A DNA stretch of 59,393 nt, filler included, from Stramenopiles sp. TOSAG23-3 (lineage: Eukaryota), in NCBI GenBank assembly GCA_900128585.1. It is 6 parts of 6 records of this genome, joined end to end, with 100 filler letters (N's around TTAATTAATTAA, not from the genome) between each part and the next. Parts side by side here need not be neighbours in the genome. Positions count along the whole stretch, not along the records: positions 17,889 to 35,645 come from LT642441.1; positions 35,746 to 53,421 come from LT642442.1; 4 more parts are not named here. One strand, given 5' to 3'. Under the pieces are notes generated by a model. That model had not been told where the DNA came from. It saw only the letters and a list, made by a program, of their open reading frames with translations, and made no database searches. The position numbers were made by a program, and so were the translations under genes. Below, piece after piece: positions 30,659-40,868 of this stretch. The stretch's first letter is position 1, and every line of letters starts with the position of its first letter.

Positions 30659-31666
30659 TCACTGGGCGACTTTACTCCCTCCACTTACCACGCGACTATC
30701 AGGATTCAGGGCAAAGAACGTGTCGATGGTTTTGGTGCGGCACCACGGTGGTTTCATTATGTAATAAAGCCACCCATCCCCCGGCTTTGTTCCCCAATCT
30801 TCGATAACCCTTTGGAGCTGAAACCGTTGGACGGACGCATTTGTCGCTGCCAAAACATTCATGTACGCCTTCAAGCCCCGCTCACTGTCTACGGTGTCGA
30901 TGTCAAACCGTACAGCGATCTGATCGTCCTCCGTGGCGATGACATCGAACTTGTAATCCGCCCAATCCTGCTGTATAATTAGCTGCAACTTTTTCAGGCA
31001 TTCCGGCATCAAGGTACGCGTTGGCTGCTCAAAAACGCGCCCCTTCCCCGACGGTAAAAATGGACCACTCAACACCTTTGCGTCTTCGATCCACTTTGCC
31101 CGCAGTTTTTGGTCCTTTGCACTCTCAAAATCGTCCCCCATGTAAGGAAAGCGGTACTCCTTATTCTCGAACACGTCCTCGTACTTCAGACGTTTTGTGT
31201 TGCCGGCGCACACAAAGTCTCTCCCGCCAATCTCGAGGCGTTTCGCCTCTCCTTCCAAACGATCCTTTGTTTTTAATTCGTCGGCTAAACTATATCTAGA
31301 CGGGACGTAGTCGAACGTGGAAAACACCCCATTTTTTGTTACCTTTTGCCTCTCCTCTAAAGGCTGCACAATGGAACGCCGGTTGGCGTCAATTTTTGCA
31401 GCCATCGCCCGGTTGGTCGCTGAAGGCCGGATTCGCGTGGGCAAGTCCCGTACCATAACGAAGCTTGTGACGGAAAATGCCTGCTGGATATACTCTTGTT
31501 CCCTATTGGAATAGTCGGGCAAAATTGCAGCAAAATTTGGCATCTGATGATGGTCTAACTCGGCACTAAACCCGTCCAAAAGACCAGACCCACCGACACC
31601 AGAGTCCTGCGACAGGTCTGCATTCACTCTCTCGAAGCCGGGCAGCTTGTCCCCATCAAAAGACAT
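30659..31666 (-). CDS. conserved-looking hypothetical protein
   Basis: ORF 30659-31696, first ATG 31666; globular composition; no family recognised. Confidence 0.8.
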   Translation of the reverse strand: MSFDGDKLPGFERVNADLSQDSGVGGSGLLDGFSAELDHHQMPNFAAILPDYSNREQEYIQQAFSVTSFVMVRDLPTRIRPSATNRAMAAKIDANRRSIVQPLEERQKVTKNGVFSTFDYVPSRYSLADELKTKDRLEGEAKRLEIGGRDFVCAGNTKRLKYEDVFENKEYRFPYMGDDFESAKDQKLRAKWIEDAKVLSGPFLPSGKGRVFEQPTRTLMPECLKKLQLIIQQDWADYKFDVIATEDDQIAVRFDIDTVDSERGLKAYMNVLAATNASVQRFQLQRVIEDWGTKPGDGWLYYIMKPPWCRTKTIDTFFALNPDSRVVSGGSKVAQ

Positions 31667-32205
31667 TTTCCTTGCGCACAACCTAGACAAATGCAATTGG
31701 TTCTACTCTTTAAATGATCTCTATGATGGTGCTAAAGAATTGATACAAACCCCAAACATCGGGGACATTTATCATTCGTACTTCAAGTTTATGTATAGAA
31801 GCACTTTCTACAAATGTGGAAACCTGTGTGAGGAGAGAAGAGGGAAGCAAGAAGAAAGAAGAAAAAAAAAACGAAAAAAATAAGAGATAGAATACACACC
31901 AAAACATAAGGTAATTAGTTCTATCATGGATGAATAATCTTGTTTTATCGATGTACTTCTTTTCATACTTAATAATATATGACGAGTTGATACATAGTTA
32001 CTCTATATATTTATGACGTACCTTAATTGTTGAGACTGATGCTTTTCCACTTTTTTAATATTATTAATAACCACACAGCATCAACAGATGCGAAACGTTC
32101 AACGGTTTGATTTTATTCTTGTATATTTATTTTTTTTTAAATAATAATTATGTCATAGGGGAGATATCGTGCAACATAACTATTATTAGTAGCGTACAGT
32201 ATTAT

Positions 32206-35200
32206 TTAAATTTTCCTTTGCATCTCAATGGAGGCTTTTCGTTCACGATCAAGCATTGGGTTTGAATTGCTACTACCCCTTGGGCGAGGCTTTACATCAG
32301 CACCTTCCCATGAATTTCGCAATCGTTTCGACCCGCCCGCGCTATCGTCCGTTGCTGTCGACGCATTGTGTTTGACTACCAAGGCAGCAATTGCCGCCCC
32401 CACAACCAGGCCCATGCAGAGGGCCAATGGCCAAATGATTGTGGGTTTCTGGTGCCACGCCATGTCGCTTACGGCCCCGCCCTTGTCGTTGGCAGCCATC
32501 AGCATTGGGGGCTCTAGTCCACAACTGGTTGGGTGAGATCCTACAAAGTTGCGTACAAAAAATACAGAGCTGTCACTGCATAGCTCCGTGGGGTACTTGG
32601 AATCGGATTCACTTGCCAAGCCGTAGTCAGCAAAAGTCTTTTCCGGGAGCGACGGACACTTCTTCACCAGAGCCTTGCAATCGTTGAACGTCATCTTTGT
32701 TGGATTGCCATACGTGTTGCAAGGGCACATGTGAATTGCACAGAGTTGCTCGCGGTTCGCCTCAATGCAATCGGGCGTTGACTCTCCCTTCATGCCGTCC
32801 AAAGACGACGTAATAAAGCGATCGATCTCTCCCACGTTTTTCCATATGTCGGTATTTACATGAACGAACTTTCCTTTCCGCTCTGGGCAAGAAATCAATT
32901 CCGAAGACTTGTCGACCGCAACGCATTTGGTATGCTCGTAGTTCGCGGCTGATTCTGCGGAGAAAAGGGAGGGAAGCTGTGCGAGCTGCCACGGCGAGTC
33001 CTCCAGGGATATCCCAGCGTGCGATCCCCCCATTGCAGACGTATCGGAGCACAACTCTTCCGCGTTGCCTGCCCCCATGCACGGTGTGAACATGTCAAGG
33101 CAAGACTGGAACGAGATGGGGGCAATCCGGTTGCTCGACATGTTCAAAACGGCCGGGAACGATATTCTGCAGAGTAACTCTGCCATCGCAGCACTGCATG
33201 GGTAGCCCATGCTTGTGTAGTCTTTCATAACCGACGCAATAGAATTGTCCAACGATTGCAACTTTGTTGCATCGTTTGGCGCGCACACATGCTGGTCTGT
33301 ACGCCCTTGACATATTTTTAAGCCGCCCTTAATGTTGGCGTTTGTGGCGGTGTCAATAGCTGCCCCATGGCCACAAACAGCTGGCTGGGGGTACTGGCCT
33401 CGCGAGACCGTCGTTACCCCACCCTTGTCGCTGATGAACGCCTGGCCATCGACCACGTACAAAAGTTCCGTTCCACAATCCTCCCCTGTCCATGAGAGTT
33501 CGCAAATGCACTGAAAGTTTCCTTGTGTGTTGTTCACGCAGAAACCTTTCCCCGAACAATCGGAAGGGCAATTTGTGTTTCGGCCTCTGCTTTGCAAGTA
33601 CAAACGAGGGTTGGTCAAGTTGCTGTCGCGGATACTATCGCTGGCTGTGCTGGTCGTCAGCGCCCTGCCCCTTTTCCGCTCCTCAAAGTGCGCGAGCAGG
33701 CGACGGCTCCTCGAGGACTTGCTCCACGAAGAGACGATACATTTTGGAAACCCGCGAATGGCAAACGTCTTTTGAAACAAAGCCATTGGCGCGAACGTTT
33801 TCTTGTAAATTGTTTTCTTAAACAACTCTACATCAACCTCCAAGTTCAACTCAACGTTAATTGAAGGCGTCACCGAAAGTCCCAGGGCACAGCCGCCCGT
33901 ATCCCCTTCCGAGGCTACACAGGTGGGGTGTTTGTCCTTCAATGGCTTGAAGTCACAGCTGGCCTTGGGCAAGGCGGCAGTCAGGCCAACATCCACCGCG
34001 GGTGTGATAGTCACTGCGGCCTGCCCCACATGGTGCAGCTTTAACGTTGGGACAACGTTCGCGTACAGGTACAAATCGGCTTTGACCGTTCCACCAGCGC
34101 TGTCAAAATTCAGATCAAGGGTGTGGGAATGAATTGGTTTCCAACCTTCCGAGTGACTGTACTGTTTGCCAAACCGAATATGGCCTTGGCCAATTGCGGT
34201 TATATGGGGCGTGTCACCAGTCTCAGCAACTGTGAAGTGAAGCCCAAGGTCAACGTCCAAGTCCAGCGAGACCGTGATAGGGACCGGTCCCAGGGTGAAT
34301 GTTACACGAAACAGTTCCGAACCAAACACCTTTTGAAGTTTCTTTACGTCAACAGCAGGCCCAGGGTTGGTCATTGCCAACTTGAGCTCCACGTCCCCGA
34401 AGACTTCCGTTACTACCGATTCCAGTTTGTAGTGCTCCACCTCCACCTCCACCTTGTAGCCTGCATCTGCATAAAAATAACAGGACGAACAGGCTGTTTC
34501 CCCATGAATTGGCAGTGATTTTGCGGCTTCTCCCGTCTCCTTGTTGTAGTTCCAATTTATACCAAAGTTTTTTTCCCACGTTTTCGACGCCTTTCCCGTT
34601 GCAAGGACCTTGATGGTGCCAATGATGGGTTTAATAATTTTCTTCTTTATCCACTTCTTTCCTTTCTTAAGCCACTTCTTCAATTTTAATCGCCTTCCGC
34701 CGTGTGGTCCTCTTGCAGTGTCTTCACGAGACGTAAGCAGTCTCCTTGAACTGGCGGCGGCTGGCGCGGACGTAAAGTTGTCCTTATGCAGAATGTGGGA
34801 CGAGTACATTTTCATGGACAACGTTTTGAAAAAATCGGAAAATTTTGCGTCCTTGGTGGTCAGGACGACAGTTGCGGTGCCATCGCTGTCGGAGCTGACT
34901 GTCGGGTTAGCCACCAACTCGCGGTAGTACACCCCGGCGTCTCCGGGGCACTCGAAGTGCTCTTTGGTGGTCGTAAACTTCCAGCCAATCCCCCATGTGC
35001 TTACTACAGAAACTGCCGAAGCCTCCACTGCCAACGTTATTGTTGTCTCCGAACAAGCCGTGACTTGAAATCCATGGTCGTAGTGAGGATGGATCGTCTC
35101 GTTGTGTTTTACGGCATCGTATTCAAAGTGAGTCACCCGTCCTAGCCCTGTTCGCAGGTGAACTTTATGCTTAAAGTGGTGGGGGTCATTCGCCGCATCT

Positions 35201-35316
35201 ACGGGCTCTACCCGTTTCGTAAACTCTTCGTACAAGTTGTCGCTGGCAACCGCCGAGGACAATGAGGACAATACCACCAGCGCGACAATGAACACTACAG
35301 CTTCCCAACGCGCCAT
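32206..35316 (-). CDS. type I membrane protein: beta-rich ectodomain, EGF-like domain, two Frizzled/CRD-like Cys-rich domains
   Basis: Signal peptide from ATG 35316; EGF CPSDCSGKGFC...CICELSWTGEDC; CSAAMAELLCRISFP and CIEANREQLCAIHMCPC; TM IIWPLALCMGLVVGAAIAALVV. Confidence 0.85.
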   Translation of the reverse strand: MARWEAVVFIVALVVLSSLSSAVASDNLYEEFTKRVEPVDAANDPHHFKHKVHLRTGLGRVTHFEYDAVKHNETIHPHYDHGFQVTACSETTITLAVEASAVSVVSTWGIGWKFTTTKEHFECPGDAGVYYRELVANPTVSSDSDGTATVVLTTKDAKFSDFFKTLSMKMYSSHILHKDNFTSAPAAASSRRLLTSREDTARGPHGGRRLKLKKWLKKGKKWIKKKIIKPIIGTIKVLATGKASKTWEKNFGINWNYNKETGEAAKSLPIHGETACSSCYFYADAGYKVEVEVEHYKLESVVTEVFGDVELKLAMTNPGPAVDVKKLQKVFGSELFRVTFTLGPVPITVSLDLDVDLGLHFTVAETGDTPHITAIGQGHIRFGKQYSHSEGWKPIHSHTLDLNFDSAGGTVKADLYLYANVVPTLKLHHVGQAAVTITPAVDVGLTAALPKASCDFKPLKDKHPTCVASEGDTGGCALGLSVTPSINVELNLEVDVELFKKTIYKKTFAPMALFQKTFAIRGFPKCIVSSWSKSSRSRRLLAHFEERKRGRALTTSTASDSIRDSNLTNPRLYLQSRGRNTNCPSDCSGKGFCVNNTQGNFQCICELSWTGEDCGTELLYVVDGQAFISDKGGVTTVSRGQYPQPAVCGHGAAIDTATNANIKGGLKICQGRTDQHVCAPNDATKLQSLDNSIASVMKDYTSMGYPCSAAMAELLCRISFPAVLNMSSNRIAPISFQSCLDMFTPCMGAGNAEELCSDTSAMGGSHAGISLEDSPWQLAQLPSLFSAESAANYEHTKCVAVDKSSELISCPERKGKFVHVNTDIWKNVGEIDRFITSSLDGMKGESTPDCIEANREQLCAIHMCPCNTYGNPTKMTFNDCKALVKKCPSLPEKTFADYGLASESDSKYPTELCSDSSVFFVRNFVGSHPTSCGLEPPMLMAANDKGGAVSDMAWHQKPTIIWPLALCMGLVVGAAIAALVVKHNASTATDDSAGGSKRLRNSWEGADVKPRPRGSSNSNPMLDRERKASIEMQRKI

Positions 35317-35521
35317 ATTAGTACAGAGAGAAAGTTCACAACTAAAAACTGTTTGTGCTTTAAATCGTTCCACACAGTCACAGGATAAAATTTGAAAACG
35401 TGGCCCACACTGCTATTCTTAATTGCATACATGATGTAAATTAAGAACAAGAGCATCCTTGTTGAATTTTACAATCTAAATGAAATATGTCGTCTGTGAA
35501 AAAAAAAGGGTCTCCTTTTTT

Positions 35522-35801
35522 TTCTTCTTCCTACTCCTCCTTCTTCTTCTTCTTCTTCTTCTCTCTTCTCTCTTCTCTCTTCTCTCTTCTTCTCTCTTCT
35601 TTCTTCTTCTTCTTCTTCTTCTTCTTCTTCTTCTTCTTCTTCTTCNNNNNNNNNNNNNNNNNNNNNNNNNNNNNNNNNNNNNNNNNNNNTTAATTAATTA
35701 ANNNNNNNNNNNNNNNNNNNNNNNNNNNNNNNNNNNNNNNNNNNNTTCTTCTTCTTCTTCTTCTTCTTCTTCTTCTTCTTCTTCTTCTTTCTTCTTCTTC
35801 T

Positions 35802-35848
<47 letters not shown>
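35522..35848. repeat. (CTT)n pyrimidine microsatellite on both sides of a contig linker
   Basis: Read directly. Confidence 0.9.
35646..35745. other. artificial contig linker N44-TTAATTAATTAA-N44
   Basis: Same 100-nt structure. Confidence 0.95.
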
Positions 35849-36241
35849 ATCATAATACCACCGTTCATTCACCGCTCGTTCACCACCACAACAGAGAACA
35901 GAGACGACGATGATCGATTTATAATAGACTACCGTACCTTATTATTTATTTTTTAAATAATTTAATAATAATAAAAAATTAATAATTAGTAATTATTAAT
36001 AGTAGTAGTAGATTATTTTATTCTCTCATCATCATCATTCACGACGACCAAACCAACGGAGGCGGCTCGGCTCGGCTTGATGATGAAATAAATGAGAATG
36101 TGCTATATGAGCCTCATTAAGATATAGGTACCGGTACAAATGCCATGATCGAACACGATAAACGACTCTGGGAAATATTCAGCTACTGATGTTCAAAGTT
36201 TTCGGTGAAACCTTGTATTTTATTTCCTCGTTGAACATAAA

Positions 36242-39200
36242 ATGGGTAGGAGAGAACCGAATAGGTGCCCTCGCAAAACCGAACTTGCTGTGAATATTTT
36301 ATGTTCCCTCTTATTCTGCGTGGGCGCAGCGGGTTCGCTTCCAAACCTCGATGGTTTTGCCTCTTCCAATGTAGAGAAGGACCCTCTTGTTGTCGTGGAG
36401 CGAATTGAGTCTACGGGGATACCTCCACCCCAATCAGGGCGCCCAGTACGCGAAGAAGTCACTGAGCTACCCCAGACCGCGCCAATCACGCGGGTGGTGG
36501 AACCGCAATCTGTAACGAAAAAAATTAAGAAAAGCAACTCCACAAAAATAAAAGGTTTAACGCGAATGGAGGGTTTGGAAGAAGAAATTCAAGTGATAGG
36601 TTGGACTCAGCCGAAACGAAAGTACCTTGGTATTGGAAACACAATGACCGTGGAATTTCTTTGGACTATAACCCGAATAGACTTTAACTCGACCACCGCA
36701 CTTGAAATGATTTACTTGGACCAACGCGTGTGTAAATTAAGGCAGGCAAAATTTTCCAATCTTCGCCGTTGCATTTATATGCAAAGCTGCAAAATAGGTG
36801 ACCATGATGTCAGAACGTCCCTCATTTTAACAGAGAAAGGGAACTACCAAATTCATTACACGGTATCCGAGGGAGACAAAGCTTGGCAGGCAGAAGATAA
36901 CAAAGGCTTAATGTTTTCATGTGTCTTTGTGGAAGGAGTTCATAATTTTACCCTGGTAAAAGGTCTTGGTGTTGGGGTCTTAGCCACAAAACCAAAAGGC
37001 AGCAAGGCCACGGTGATTAAACCCGAGTACAAAAAGAAGGTAATTGTTGGTGATGCGGTTACCATTGAGGCAGAGCTTGACCGTGACGGGTTACACATCG
37101 TCCCCGACTATTGCCGAGTGAACACGGAACCAGAAATAAAGGCCATCGATTTAGGCCGCGGACTGTACACCATAGATTATGTCGTCAAGGCTGGAAATCC
37201 CGATAGGCCGCAGGGGCAGCTGCCTTTCCATTGTACCTTTGAGGACGATGGGGGTAACAATGTGACAATCGGCCCTTTGAAACTGAACTCTTGGTTCGTC
37301 ATTAACGCAAATCCCCCGGAGCTGTCCCACGTAGCTGTGCTGTCGCCGAGACAGAAGACGGCTCGCATTGGTGCTGTCATAAAGGTGGTGATAATGACTA
37401 AAAGGCGTTTGCAAGGCCTGTCCATTGGGCAAAAATGTACGTTGAACGCTATAGACGTCCGCAAATCTGCCAATGTTTCCTCTGGAAGGGTTACAATTGA
37501 ACTCAACGTAACAGCAGGGCAAGCTGATTGGTTCGCCGGGAAGCTGCCAATCGATTGTTTGATCCTGGATAGCGATGGGAACACGATTCGCGCGACCCAC
37601 TTTACGGATGGAAACATGTTATCCGGTGATGCGCATACTCCAAGGCTGAGCGATTATTTTCCTGGGCTTGTGCTAACAGTTGGCTTTGCGATTGTTTGCA
37701 TTTCTTCTAACCAAGTTGCAGCGTATTTTCCTAGTGTAGGCATGCCACTAATCACGGGTTATTTGGCAACGGGCATTATCGCTGGACCTGAAATCCTAGG
37801 GCTTATTCCGGACCGTTCCATCCGCCAACTACGATTTATTGACGAAGTGTCTCTCGCGGTAATTGCGTTGACTGCGGGGCAAAAACTGTACTTACCGACA
37901 ATGCGCAGTAGATTAAAAAGCATTGGGTGGGTAATGCTTGGGTTGGTACTGTTTGAATATGCAATAGGTACTGCAACAATATTTGCGATGCACCCGTACA
38001 TTCACTTTATGAAGCATATGGACTCAAACCAGATAACTGCCGTCGCTTTGATGGCTGGGGCCCTGGTGTGTGCCCGCTCCCCAGCATCGGCCGTTGCAAT
38101 TGTGAAAGAAGTTGGCGCTGAAGGGCCATTTACCAGCACGGTGTTGGGGGTTACAGTGATATCTGACGTCGTTGTCATCGGTCTGTTTGCTTTGACAAGT
38201 TTGTTTTCAAACAGTTTACTTGCAAATCGATCAGAGTCTCAAAATGTAGTTTACATCTTTATCGCACAAATAATTGCAAGTTCACTACTTGGTTACATTC
38301 TCTCCGCCGCCCTTCGTGGGGTCCTGAAGGCGTTTGACAACATTCAGACAAAAATGGACCAGAACGGATACGGGAAGGCTGTTCCAGTTGCGCTTAGATC
38401 GGGTTTAGTAACATTTTTTGGGTTTTCTACGTTTGTTATTGCACATATGGTTGATCCGTATCTTCAGCCACTGATTGTTTGCATGGTCAGTGGTTTCATT
38501 ATAGCGAATTATTCGGGTCACCGGAAATCACTAAAAAAATCACTGGAACTGGTCACTCCAACTGTTTACGTCGCTTTTTTCACTTTGGCGGGAGCGGCAC
38601 TCAATTTAAAATCTTTGGCTCAAACAATAGTGATCTCTTCTGTCATATTTGGAGGGCGCATTGTTGGAATTCTATTTGGTGCATCGTTCGGCGGGTGGAT
38701 GTCCGGCGAGCCCGTCAAAGAAAACGGCCTTTCATGGATGGCATACATAACTCAAGCCGGTGTTACGCTAGGTCTGGCAAAAAAAATTCATCTTGAGAAC
38801 AGGGTGTGGGGAGGCGGTTTTGCTACTGTAATCATAGCTTGTGTTGTGCTTAACCAAGTATCTGGGCCACCGCTCTTTCGGCTTGTGATGCAATGGGTTG
38901 GGGAAGCAGGAAGCATGGAACGCTCCGCATCTAAAATTCGTTGGCCAAAGACTGTCCCTGGCAGGGCCGATGCGCGCTTGAACAAACGCGTTCTGTTGTT
39001 AGGAGAGAAAAATGCAAGCATAGTGTCGGACATTCAGTCGCTGCTTGTGGAAGGTCGGCGTGCACATTCACGTGTTGTAAGTGGCGTGGAAGTTTTGGCA
39101 ATTTTGCGGACCTTGAACCCTTCATTATACGATGAGATTGTTGCTTCGGTTGATGACAACAATACGGGTGAAGATATAGAAACCGAACCGTTGTTGGCTG

Positions 39201-39430
39201 ACCAAAATGGATTGAGGGTGGAGCGCGAGGCTTTGTTCGAACTAATGGCGGGAAGCGACGCTATTGTTGTGGCGATGGGCTCTTGCAGCGGTAAAATAGC
39301 CACGTTTTTGACGAGCCACGAGCATAGAAAGAGAGCGCAGCCGTCACTGTTCTATTTGAAGGACCATTCAACTGCACTGGAACTGACTGATAATGTCAAA
39401 TCGTACCTCCTCGGGAAAAAGCTGGTCTAA
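36242..39430 (+). CDS. CPA-family (CPA2-like) cation/H+ antiporter with large N-terminal repeat ectodomain
   Basis: MPLITGYLATGIIAGPEILGLI, ARSPASAVAIVKE, TVISDVVVI, FFTLAGAALNL, QAGVTLGLA; roughly a dozen hydrophobic segments; signal-peptide-like N-terminus. Confidence 0.9.
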   Translation: MGRREPNRCPRKTELAVNILCSLLFCVGAAGSLPNLDGFASSNVEKDPLVVVERIESTGIPPPQSGRPVREEVTELPQTAPITRVVEPQSVTKKIKKSNSTKIKGLTRMEGLEEEIQVIGWTQPKRKYLGIGNTMTVEFLWTITRIDFNSTTALEMIYLDQRVCKLRQAKFSNLRRCIYMQSCKIGDHDVRTSLILTEKGNYQIHYTVSEGDKAWQAEDNKGLMFSCVFVEGVHNFTLVKGLGVGVLATKPKGSKATVIKPEYKKKVIVGDAVTIEAELDRDGLHIVPDYCRVNTEPEIKAIDLGRGLYTIDYVVKAGNPDRPQGQLPFHCTFEDDGGNNVTIGPLKLNSWFVINANPPELSHVAVLSPRQKTARIGAVIKVVIMTKRRLQGLSIGQKCTLNAIDVRKSANVSSGRVTIELNVTAGQADWFAGKLPIDCLILDSDGNTIRATHFTDGNMLSGDAHTPRLSDYFPGLVLTVGFAIVCISSNQVAAYFPSVGMPLITGYLATGIIAGPEILGLIPDRSIRQLRFIDEVSLAVIALTAGQKLYLPTMRSRLKSIGWVMLGLVLFEYAIGTATIFAMHPYIHFMKHMDSNQITAVALMAGALVCARSPASAVAIVKEVGAEGPFTSTVLGVTVISDVVVIGLFALTSLFSNSLLANRSESQNVVYIFIAQIIASSLLGYILSAALRGVLKAFDNIQTKMDQNGYGKAVPVALRSGLVTFFGFSTFVIAHMVDPYLQPLIVCMVSGFIIANYSGHRKSLKKSLELVTPTVYVAFFTLAGAALNLKSLAQTIVISSVIFGGRIVGILFGASFGGWMSGEPVKENGLSWMAYITQAGVTLGLAKKIHLENRVWGGGFATVIIACVVLNQVSGPPLFRLVMQWVGEAGSMERSASKIRWPKTVPGRADARLNKRVLLLGEKNASIVSDIQSLLVEGRRAHSRVVSGVEVLAILRTLNPSLYDEIVASVDDNNTGEDIETEPLLADQNGLRVEREALFELMAGSDAIVVAMGSCSGKIATFLTSHEHRKRAQPSLFYLKDHSTALELTDNVKSYLLGKKLV

Positions 39431-39542
39431 TATAAAAACAAGATAATATTTTTTTTTTTCCTTTTCTCGCACAATAGTTATCATACACATTTTTTATCAT
39501 ATCGTTTATCATTAACTTTTCATGCATTAAATTATGATAATC

Positions 39543-40868
39543 TCAAAGATCAACATGATTTAACACTTTCAAAAGGTTGGGAAACACCGGAGGAACTTCA
39601 TCGGCATTTGTGCAGTGATCTTTGCAGATTTTTGACTGTACATAGTTCTGTTCGGGAACACATTCAACACCAATACTAGGGTCGTCTGCATTTACATGAC
39701 GACACGCCTTTGGCAAATGATTTAACGCACGGAATAATTCTTCTGCAATTACATCGGTGGAAGCCTGTACGACGTTTTTACAGCTACCTCTGATAATTAG
39801 TTTTTCTTTTGAAAGTTTGCTACTCCAACGCCTTCTATCAAGGGCTTTTTTTAAGCTTATGGGTTTCTTTCGGTGTTTGAGCACCCATTTATCCTTTTTT
39901 TTGCTTCTAAACACCTTGTAAAAATCACTCCAGCGTGGGGGCAACAGTGGTGGTGGGACTCCCATCATCCTTGCCCCAGAAGCAGAGGATGCGTCTACTG
40001 GGCCGTCGCAGACGCGCTCGACAATTTGGCCCAAATCTGCCTCACTGCGCAGTGCTCTTCCACCCGGGGTTTCTCTTGCTCGTTTCAGTGTACCATAAAC
40101 AAGCGCTACGCAGCTAGGACATTTCAAAGCATCCTTCGCTGCCTTGATTTCCGCTTTATCCTCGTCTGGAAGCATAAGCTCTGGCTCCTGCATTTCCTTC
40201 ATCAGCAAAGTGCTCATTGAACCGTCTTTGTCCATCTTTTGAAACATTTCTCTCATGGAATCTTCTGTGTCTTTGGCAGTATCTCCTTTGCCCACTTGCC
40301 CACTGCTTTGATGACCTTCTTTCTTCTGTCGCTTTCTCCCCGCCCTCGCTTTCTTGGAGGAATCATACTTGGCTCCTGCTCCGACACTGCACATATCCGT
40401 CTTATCTACACAAAGGGTTTTTGCGGAGTCGTCGGGGGGAAACTTTCCTCGAATGCTATGCCAAATAGTTTCGGAAAGTTCCATACTTATTTCTTCGCTG
40501 ACAGTTTCGCAAACCTGTTTAACAAACAGGGCTGCCTGCACCATTTCGGTGCTAAATCCGGCTTCAAGCCTCTCCTTTTCTGGGCTATGTTCAACTGTTA
40601 CAGAACGTCCTTCTCCCTGGATTGTGTAGTTCTGTACCACACCCAGGCAGGCTGCTTCAGTCGAGTCCAGTATGCCTTCCTCGCCATCTTTATTCAAGTC
40701 GTGCCGTAGAACTTCAAGGTGCAACTCTCGGGCAAGAGCTTTACAGACACCACATTTAGCAAACAAAAACGTCTCGCTATTGGAACGGTGGTTCCCCAGC
40801 ACACTTGTAAAAGCGAAGTATAGCGCCCCGATAAACAGGAAGAACCGGCACGGCCGTTGGCGCACCAT
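39543..40868 (-). CDS. canopy/MSAP-like protein with two saposin-like domains, probably ER-luminal
   Basis: Signal peptide; KCGVCKAL...EAAC...KQVCE...LC...C and KCPSCVAL...ERVC...SCK...IC...C; C-terminal HVDL. Confidence 0.75.
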   Translation of the reverse strand: MVRQRPCRFFLFIGALYFAFTSVLGNHRSNSETFLFAKCGVCKALARELHLEVLRHDLNKDGEEGILDSTEAACLGVVQNYTIQGEGRSVTVEHSPEKERLEAGFSTEMVQAALFVKQVCETVSEEISMELSETIWHSIRGKFPPDDSAKTLCVDKTDMCSVGAGAKYDSSKKARAGRKRQKKEGHQSSGQVGKGDTAKDTEDSMREMFQKMDKDGSMSTLLMKEMQEPELMLPDEDKAEIKAAKDALKCPSCVALVYGTLKRARETPGGRALRSEADLGQIVERVCDGPVDASSASGARMMGVPPPLLPPRWSDFYKVFRSKKKDKWVLKHRKKPISLKKALDRRRWSSKLSKEKLIIRGSCKNVVQASTDVIAEELFRALNHLPKACRHVNADDPSIGVECVPEQNYVQSKICKDHCTNADEVPPVFPNLLKVLNHVDL

